Shown: piece after piece, positions 6,761-12,736 of the stretch | Numbering within the stretch: the stretch's first letter is position 1 | Layout: the number at the start of each line of letters is the position of its first letter | Source of the DNA: Planctomycetota bacterium | GTDB taxonomy: Bacteria; Planctomycetota; UBA8108; UBA1146 | Direction: 5' to 3' | DNA length: 12,736 nucleotides | Assembly: GCA_036338595.1 (NCBI GenBank) | Contig: JAYZBV010000083.1 | Location: forward strand, 1-12,736 | Program-made: the position numbers and the translations under genes | The notes under the pieces: model-generated | What the model was told of the DNA's origin: nothing | Database searches by the model: none | What the model saw: the letters and a program-made list of their open reading frames with translations, nothing else

Positions 6761-8688
6761 CCTCCAGCAAACGATCCCCCTCTGATGCCAAGAAGAAGCC
6801 GGATGAAGCGGAAGACTTCCATGTTGAGGAGCTGATCGATCGCCCCTTCAGTCGCCAGCTGGCCCGCCGACTGATGCGATATCTACGCCCATACAGGGGC
6901 CTGGTGCTGTCATCCGTTGTGCTGATCTTGCTCAGCACGATGCTTTCGTTGATGGGGCCCTTGCTGGTCAAGGAAGCGATCGACGGCCCACTTTCGGTAT
7001 CCATCCAGCAAGATGGGAATGCTGGTGGAACCGGGTCCATCGTCACCGCGCTAGGTGATCGATTCGGTCTTGAGCCGATCGTTGCCACCAGTGACTCCAC
7101 GCAACGAACGGGCTGGCTATGGCTGATCGTCGGCATGTATCTCACGATTCTGGTGATCGGATTCTTCGTCCAGTACATCCAGGTCATGGTGCTCGAACGC
7201 ACCGGTCAAAATGCCACCAAGGATTTGCGCTTGCAGATCTTCTCACATCTCCAGTTCCAGAGTTCGAGCTTCTATCATCGAAATCCTGTCGGTCGGCTCG
7301 TGACCAGGGTCACAAACGATGTCGAGTCGCTCAACGAGTTGTTCGCCAGCGGTTTCGTTTCACTGGCTGGAGATCTACTCGCCATCACTGGAATCGTCGC
7401 GATGTTGTTCTGGACCAATGCGGAACTGGCCTCGATGGTTCTGATGGTGACTCCCATCGTCGTCATCGCGACGATGGTCTTTCGCAAGTATGCCCGAAAA
7501 CATTACCGAGAAATGCGACGCCGACTGGCCCACCTGAACGCTTTCACGCAAGAATCCATCAGCGGCATGGAAGTTGTCCAGGTATGCCGGCGAGAAGAGC
7601 AGCAAGCGAACCGTTATTCCGAGATCAACAGCACCCTGCGAGATGCACATCTCAATGGCATCTTCTGGTATGCACTGTTCTTCCCCACCATCGAGTTCCT
7701 GTCTGTGATAGCGCTGGTCATCATCGTCGTCCAGGGGGGCCAACGAATCGAGGCGGGCACCGCTACCTTCGGTGAGTTCTTCCTGTTCTGGACCTACCTG
7801 ACGCGGCTCTTCTCGCCATTGAGAGATCTGGCCGAGAAATACAACCTTCTGCAATCAGCGATGGCCGCCAGCGAGAGGATCTTTGGAATCCTCGACACCG
7901 ATTCGTCCCTTCCGGAGCCAGAAGTGCTGGCCACCGAAACAAAGAAACCGATCGACAATGGCGATGAGATTCGATTCCAGGATGTCTCCTTCAGCTATGA
8001 CGGTGAAACTCCGGTTCTCGATGATGTTTCGTTCACCGTTGGAGATGGCGAGACGATCGCCGTGGTCGGTGCGACCGGCGCCGGCAAGAGCACCATCATC
8101 AATCTACTGCTGCGATACCATGACCCAACCACTGGAATCATCTCCGTCGGAGGTGATGACATCCGCAACACATCCTTGGCCAGCCACAGGGAGCGCTTTG
8201 GACTGGTGCTTCAGGATGTCGCCGTTCTTTCTCGTACTCTCGAAGAGAACATTCGGTTTGATCGAGACATCGATCGCGATCGAATCATCTGGGCACTGGA
8301 ACAGGTTCAGGGCTCAGCCATCGTGACCCGGCAGAAGAAGGGTCTTGAAGAACCGATGATGGAACGAGGGCGGACCCTGTCCAGTGGCGAGCGACAGTTG
8401 ATCTCGTTTGCCAGGGCACTCGCTGGCGATCCCAGGATCCTGGTGCTGGACGAAGCGACCAGTCATGTCGATACCGAGACAGAGGCTCTCATCCAGGAAG
8501 CGATCGATCGACTGGTCGAGGGCCGCACATCGGTGATCGTCGCTCACCGTCTCAGTACCGTGCGGAAGGCAGATCGAATTCTGGTGTTGCATCACGGCCA
8601 GTTGCGCGAAGAAGGTAGCCACGAACAACTGGTCGCGCTCGATGGGATCTACGCCCGGCTGGTAGCGCTGCAGTTCGGAAAATCCTGA
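6757..8688 (+). CDS. ABC exporter half-transporter (TMD+NBD), MdlB/BmrD(YheH)-like subunit
   Basis: 643 aa from ATG 6757, which has an ATGA overlap with the upstream stop and GGAGG at 6745-6749; this start is preferred over 6715. Contains PVGRLVTRVTND, Walker A GATGAGKS, non-consensus signature LSSGE (8377-8391), Walker B ILVLDEAT and H-loop AHRL. Confidence 0.95.
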   Translation: MTSSKRSPSDAKKKPDEAEDFHVEELIDRPFSRQLARRLMRYLRPYRGLVLSSVVLILLSTMLSLMGPLLVKEAIDGPLSVSIQQDGNAGGTGSIVTALGDRFGLEPIVATSDSTQRTGWLWLIVGMYLTILVIGFFVQYIQVMVLERTGQNATKDLRLQIFSHLQFQSSSFYHRNPVGRLVTRVTNDVESLNELFASGFVSLAGDLLAITGIVAMLFWTNAELASMVLMVTPIVVIATMVFRKYARKHYREMRRRLAHLNAFTQESISGMEVVQVCRREEQQANRYSEINSTLRDAHLNGIFWYALFFPTIEFLSVIALVIIVVQGGQRIEAGTATFGEFFLFWTYLTRLFSPLRDLAEKYNLLQSAMAASERIFGILDTDSSLPEPEVLATETKKPIDNGDEIRFQDVSFSYDGETPVLDDVSFTVGDGETIAVVGATGAGKSTIINLLLRYHDPTTGIISVGGDDIRNTSLASHRERFGLVLQDVAVLSRTLEENIRFDRDIDRDRIIWALEQVQGSAIVTRQKKGLEEPMMERGRTLSSGERQLISFARALAGDPRILVLDEATSHVDTETEALIQEAIDRLVEGRTSVIVAHRLSTVRKADRILVLHHGQLREEGSHEQLVALDGIYARLVALQFGKS

Positions 8689-8786
8689 GCCCGCACCAAG
8701 TTGCATCCTTCATGGACATCGTCATGCTGGTATCGGATGTATGTCCGACCAGGATCGATGGTTCAACCAGCGAAAGGGAATCTCAC

Positions 8787-9179
8787 GTGAACGACTCTGC
8801 AACAACTAGCTTTCAGCTGAGCCAGATCGGACAGATCGCCGTGCCGGTTGCAGACATCGACAGAGCCGTGGCTTTTTACCGCGATACCCTGGGCATGCAG
8901 TTCCTGTTCCAGGCGCCTCCTGGCCTCGGTTTCTTCGATTGCTCGGGAGTCCGACTGATGCTGGATGCCGCTGGAACACCACCATCAGAAAAATACAGTT
9001 CCGTCATCTACTACAAGGTTCCCGATATCAATTCAGCCTTCGATACATTGTCGAAACGTGGAGTTTCGTTTGAAAAACAACCTCACCTCATTGCGAAAAT
9101 GCCAGACCATGAGTTGTGGATGGCTTTCTTCCGTGATCCGGACGAAAACCTACTGGCGTTGATGAGTGAGGTTCAATGA
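8787..9179 (+). CDS. VOC / glyoxalase-bleomycin resistance superfamily protein
   Basis: IGQIAVPVADIDRAVAFYRDTLG...YYKVPDI...MAFFRDPDENLLALMSE is a typical paired beta-alpha-beta-beta-beta VOC pattern. GTG 8787, preceded by GAAAGGGA, is preferred over ATG 8712 (130 aa). Confidence 0.9.
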   Translation: MNDSATTSFQLSQIGQIAVPVADIDRAVAFYRDTLGMQFLFQAPPGLGFFDCSGVRLMLDAAGTPPSEKYSSVIYYKVPDINSAFDTLSKRGVSFEKQPHLIAKMPDHELWMAFFRDPDENLLALMSEVQ

Positions 9180-9195
9180 TGATGAGAGTGACACC

Positions 9196-11130
9196 ATGAA
9201 GTACCTGTTTGGATTACTACTAGCACTGGCCCTGGGAACACCAACGCTGGTGGTCGCAGACGACCTGGCGCGTTTCTACCCGGCAGATAGTTATTTTTAT
9301 CTCGGAAGCAATGGCTGGAACGGGATCAAGGATTCCTTCGGCAATAGTCCTGCGGGAGAAGTCTGGGCTCATCCCAGATTCGATGCAATCCGAAGCGATG
9401 TCGAGAGCTTCCCTGCGTTCATCTACGAATTGCTCGGTGGAATCCAACAGCAAGCCGATGACGAATCCCAACAGTTGTCACTTCCGATGAAGATGCTTCT
9501 CGGTTCCAACGGCCCGCAGATGCTCTTCAATTCGATGCGATACGGCGTGGCCGTGGGAGTGCCAGCATTCGACATCGATCCGGTCGAGCCACAGATGCAG
9601 GGATACCTGATCATCGAAGCGGGTGACGAAGCGCCGACGGTGCGCAGTCAGTTCGGCGGATACCTCATGAAGAGCGTTCTCAACGACCCTCGTAGCGAGG
9701 AGCTGGGAGGGGTTCGCTGGGCAGTGTCGACCCTCGATACCGATCCTTCCTTCGACATCTGGTGGGGCGAGCACGATGGTCGGGTTGTTTTTGCCGTCGG
9801 CGAGCAGAGTGTCAGTACTTACTTTGCCATGTGTGATGGAAATCGCACCAGCCTGGCTGCCAGTACCGGATACAAGAGCGGTATGCAGCGATGCATCGGC
9901 GATTCCAGGGTCAACGCTTCCCTGCATCTCGATTTTCCGGCGATCCTCGATCAGGTGCTGGGACTGATGGACGAGTTTGGAGCCACCCTTCCTCCCGAGG
10001 CGGAAGCGGTGATCGATGAAGTCTCCCGCCTGGGAGCGATTCACATCGCCGCTGGCGAGGTCGGAGATGAGAGCATCACCTACACATCCGGTGTTAGTTT
10101 TCCTTTCCAGGAATTCGTCGGTGGGGGAAAACCCATCACCTCGGGTATGTTTGCGCTGCTTCCTGCAAATCCGTTTCTGTTCTGGTCTGGCAGTTACGAT
10201 GCAAAGGCGATGTACCAGCAGCTACTCGAAAGCATCGAGGCCCTCTTCCCCCCCGAGCAAACCTGGAAGGTGGAACAGGGAAGGAAGACGATCGAGGCCC
10301 TCATCGGAGTGCCCTTCGATGACATCATCGCCGCTCTCGGTGATCGCATCACCGTCTTCGAGGAGACATCTGCGCGCGGCTTGATACCCGGATTCGTCAT
10401 TTCCATCGCAGGGGCCGATGCCAAGCTGATGAATGAGATCATCCGGACGAAGTTGCCGATGATTTCCTTGTTGACGGGTTCGGCGCGAACTCGCCTCACA
10501 CTCGGTTCGCTGGAGGTGCCCTTCAGGGAAAGTGGACAGTTGATTCGCTACATGCAGTCATCCGCCCGCGACAATCCGGTTGTGCTCGCCTGGACCGAGA
10601 TCGATGGAGAGATGTTGTTCGCCATGCATCCCACCGTGCTGGAACAGTTGATCCACAGGATAGAGACCCGCAGTGATGACTCTGATCGATTCCAGATTCC
10701 CGACCTGGTCAGCGGATCCTGCCAGATCCCCGAGGGGGCAGCCAATGGTGCCGGCCTGATCGATCTCGGGGCACTTCTGGAATGGAGCTGGCCCACCATC
10801 GTTCCGGAACTGCAGAAGATGCTCTCTCGCAAGGGAGGTCAGTTCGACGCCGCATCCATCCCCTCGGCACACCTCTTCGAGGACTGGAAGGTCGAGGCCA
10901 GGATGTGGATCGACGAGAGTGGATTCAGAGCGACCAAGACATCTCCGTTGCCGATGGGTCCAGAGTTTCTGGGCGGCATGATCCTGGGCATGACCGCAGC
11001 TTTCATGGAGCAGGAACAGCAGCAGCAGGAGCAGCAGCCAGAGGCACCCGATTCCAAGCCGTCACCCGAGCCGAAGGAAGCAGAACCTTCTGCAACCCCG
11101 GAACCGGTCAAGGCGGAGCCTCTCCGGTAG
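9196..11130 (+). CDS. Large exported protein of unknown function (possibly DUF3352-like)
   Basis: 644 aa from ATG 9196 with a clear Sec signal MKYLFGLLLALALGTPTLVVA-DD. Two related-looking halves begin LARFYPADSYFYLG and MFALLPANPFLFWS, each with a later W..(H/I)DG..(V/L)FA segment. It ends with a hydrophobic stretch and an acidic Pro/Gln tail. The family assignment is from memory of the pattern only. Confidence 0.8.
   Translation: MKYLFGLLLALALGTPTLVVADDLARFYPADSYFYLGSNGWNGIKDSFGNSPAGEVWAHPRFDAIRSDVESFPAFIYELLGGIQQQADDESQQLSLPMKMLLGSNGPQMLFNSMRYGVAVGVPAFDIDPVEPQMQGYLIIEAGDEAPTVRSQFGGYLMKSVLNDPRSEELGGVRWAVSTLDTDPSFDIWWGEHDGRVVFAVGEQSVSTYFAMCDGNRTSLAASTGYKSGMQRCIGDSRVNASLHLDFPAILDQVLGLMDEFGATLPPEAEAVIDEVSRLGAIHIAAGEVGDESITYTSGVSFPFQEFVGGGKPITSGMFALLPANPFLFWSGSYDAKAMYQQLLESIEALFPPEQTWKVEQGRKTIEALIGVPFDDIIAALGDRITVFEETSARGLIPGFVISIAGADAKLMNEIIRTKLPMISLLTGSARTRLTLGSLEVPFRESGQLIRYMQSSARDNPVVLAWTEIDGEMLFAMHPTVLEQLIHRIETRSDDSDRFQIPDLVSGSCQIPEGAANGAGLIDLGALLEWSWPTIVPELQKMLSRKGGQFDAASIPSAHLFEDWKVEARMWIDESGFRATKTSPLPMGPEFLGGMILGMTAAFMEQEQQQQEQQPEAPDSKPSPEPKEAEPSATPEPVKAEPLR
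11008..11127 (+). repeat. Low-complexity CAG/GAG-rich coding tract (EQEQQQQEQQPEAPDSKPSPEPKEAEPSATPEPVKAEPLR)
   Basis: gagcaggaacagcagcagcaggagcagcag followed by two PEP..AEP units; a probably disordered C-terminal tail. Confidence 0.75.
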
Positions 11131-11134
11131 AGAT

Positions 11135-12337
11135 CTAGACGGATCCCAGTGCCGGAAGTGGTCCCACCAGGGGCGTTGCGTATTCGATGAATTCGTCGGT
11201 GACATCGCACCCATTCGAGATCCATGAGGTCGGAACGGTGCGTGTCTTGCCCGCCACCTCTCTCAGGCCGATCGGCACATATTCAACCTGATAAGGCGAG
11301 TCGGAGATCCTGCGGATCGTCAGGCTCGCTGCTTCCAGGCCATCCGCGGCAGCTTGAACCGCAGCGCGGCCGCTGGCTCTTGCCTCCTCGGCGTCGACGC
11401 TGCTGACACAATCGGCGAAGGATCTCTGCAGGTAACCAAAAGTATCCGCACGCACTCTCAGTTTCTTGCCCAGGCGATCGCGGATCAATCGAGCCAGAAA
11501 ATCACCGAGCGCACCACTGCCCGACAACTGGACATTGCCGTGGGCATCGCGCTCCACTTCTCCCGAGAACTGCTCGGCAAGACCCTGGGCGATGGGAGTC
11601 CCCGATTCATCGTGAATCCCCTCGCTGACAGCAATCATGCAGCGTCCCATGGCTCCGTAGACACGATCCACATCAGCGATGAACCGATCGACATCGAAGA
11701 CGGACTCGGGCAGATAGATCAGATGCGGTCCGGTACCCAGTTCCGTCCTGGCCAGGGCGCTGGCCGCCGTCAGAAATCCGGCGTGTCGACCCATGATGAC
11801 ATCGATCTTGATTCCAGGCAGAGCACGATTATCGAGGCTATCTCCCATCAATGCACAGGCGACAAATCGAGCAGCGGATCCGTATCCGGGCGTGTGGTCA
11901 TTGAGTACCAGATCATTATCTATCGTCTTTGGCACATGGAATGCCCTGAGATCATGACCTGCTTTTTTTGCCACATCCGAAACGATGCGACAGGTATCGG
12001 CACTGTCGTTGCCGCCGATGTAGAAGAAGTAGCGGATGTCTCGATGCGCCAGCTTTGAGAAGATCTTCTGGCAATATTCTTCATCCGGTTTGTCACGGCT
12101 GCTGCCCAGCGTGGCCCCTGGAGTTCCGGCGATCAGATCGAGTCGGTCTCCCGACAAATCGGTGAGGTCCATCAGATCATCATCGAGCATGCCCCGAACC
12201 GCATGGCGAGCGCCAAAGATGGATCCTGCGATACCGGTACTCTGGATCTGTTCGATCACTCCAACCAGGGAAGCATTGATGACCACGGTGGGTCCACCGG
12301 ACTGTGCGATGACAGCGTTCCCTGCCGGCAGATTCAT
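11135..12337 (-). CDS. pfp: Pyrophosphate-dependent phosphofructokinase (diphosphate--fructose-6-phosphate 1-phosphotransferase), PfkA family
   Basis: Contains QSGGPTVVINAS, LGSSR, YIGGNDS (Asp at the phosphoryl-donor position), PKTIDNDL, DVIMGRHAGFL, VSEG, DAHGNVQLSG and GYLQRS. ATG 12337 with GGGAG 6 nt upstream is preferred over 12406 (400 aa). Confidence 0.9.
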   Translation of the reverse strand: MNLPAGNAVIAQSGGPTVVINASLVGVIEQIQSTGIAGSIFGARHAVRGMLDDDLMDLTDLSGDRLDLIAGTPGATLGSSRDKPDEEYCQKIFSKLAHRDIRYFFYIGGNDSADTCRIVSDVAKKAGHDLRAFHVPKTIDNDLVLNDHTPGYGSAARFVACALMGDSLDNRALPGIKIDVIMGRHAGFLTAASALARTELGTGPHLIYLPESVFDVDRFIADVDRVYGAMGRCMIAVSEGIHDESGTPIAQGLAEQFSGEVERDAHGNVQLSGSGALGDFLARLIRDRLGKKLRVRADTFGYLQRSFADCVSSVDAEEARASGRAAVQAAADGLEAASLTIRRISDSPYQVEYVPIGLREVAGKTRTVPTSWISNGCDVTDEFIEYATPLVGPLPALGSV

Positions 12338-12415
12338 CTGGTTCTCCCATCTGGTGTACGCCCTGTCGCCGGAGGATACACCGCACGGCACGGCCGAAGC
12401 GACCAACTCGTATCT

Positions 12416-12736
12416 TTACTTGTTGGCCCCGTAGCTACGGTGATCGATGATGATCCGATCGCTGATGTCGCCATTCGATTTTACGTTTTCGAGGATCAAC
12501 TGTTCGCCGTCGATGGTGATCAATGCTGACCCGTAAACTGCCTGACTGGTCACCATCACGGGATGCTCTCCCTGTGACTTCACATGTCCACCCCCATGCC
12601 CGATCACTGCATAGACAGTGCCTTCATCGCCCGAGCAGTGATAAGTGTCGCCACTCCACTGGATGATCTTGCCGTCTGCCTGGAGAACATCGGTGGCGGG
12701 AACCGGATGCGATTTGGATTCGCCGTAGCCATGGAC
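12416..12736 (-). CDS. C-terminal part of a probable purple-acid-phosphatase-like metallophosphoesterase (5' end outside window)
   Basis: The frame is open from the window edge: VHGYGESKSHPVPATDVLQADGKIIQWSGDTYHCSGDEGTVYAVIGHGGGHVKSQGEHPVMVTSQAVYGSALITIDGEQLILENVKSNGDISDRIIIDHRSYGANK*. The pattern GTVY.V.G.GG...HP.M....YGS..I.IDG..L......S.G.I.D...I resembles the C-terminal strands of calcineurin-like/PAP phosphoesterases. The catalytic motifs are not in the window. Confidence 0.65.
   Translation of the reverse strand, partial: VHGYGESKSHPVPATDVLQADGKIIQWSGDTYHCSGDEGTVYAVIGHGGGHVKSQGEHPVMVTSQAVYGSALITIDGEQLILENVKSNGDISDRIIIDHRSYGANK

Noticed and set aside
7119..7775. 218-aa alternate-frame ORF inside the second ABC gene
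   Set aside because: Its Arg/His/Pro-rich composition is typical of off-frame reading of GC-rich coding DNA, and it lies wholly within a well-supported gene.
11008..11037. CAG tract as a phase-variable repeat
   Set aside because: It is a short, interrupted, in-frame triplet repeat; slippage would only change the length of a disordered tail.
11354..12058. 234-aa plus-strand ORF antisense to pfp, and similar ones at 9478-10044, 6633-7202 and 4024-4548
   Set aside because: Long antisense frames are expected from codon bias in GC-rich genes; no domain signal or convincing SD was seen.
12353..12382. GGTGTA/TACACC inverted repeat upstream of pfp
   Set aside because: Only a 6-bp stem with a long loop, which is compatible with chance.
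1..12736. CRISPR array, IS/transposon, prophage, integron or defence system
   Set aside because: No regularly spaced repeats, terminal inverted repeats with target duplications, or recombinase, nuclease, reverse transcriptase or phage-like ORFs were seen; nearly all the sequence is explained by ordinary genes.

Overview
Gene-dense bacterial chromosomal segment, roughly 55-60% GC by eye and strongly GATC/TCGA-rich. The gene mix suggests Planctomycetota/PVC, but that is an inference. Left block (minus strand): Nudix hydrolase, exported amidase-signature enzyme, then a WD40/beta-propeller protein that is missing from the ORF track, starts at a TTG overlapping the amidase stop, and runs off the left edge. 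Middle block (plus strand, divergent): Cys-type sulfatase, a structured 127-bp spacer with a perfect 20-bp palindrome, a heterodimeric MdlAB/BmrCD-type ABC exporter with one degenerate ATP site, a VOC/glyoxalase protein, and a 644-aa exported protein of unknown function. Right block (minus strand, convergent): the 3' end of a probable metallophosphoesterase, then a PPi-type phosphofructokinase. I found no rRNA, tRNA, CRISPR, transposase, integrase, phage or defence genes, and I cannot demonstrate a novel system. The best leads are small-scale: an attenuator-like leader with a uORF upstream of the ABC exporter, a CACCGGTG-centred motif in two intergenic regions, a 7-codon bridging mini-ORF with ATGA overlaps at both ends, a GatC/AtzG-like segment fused to the amidase, and the uncharacterised exported protein.
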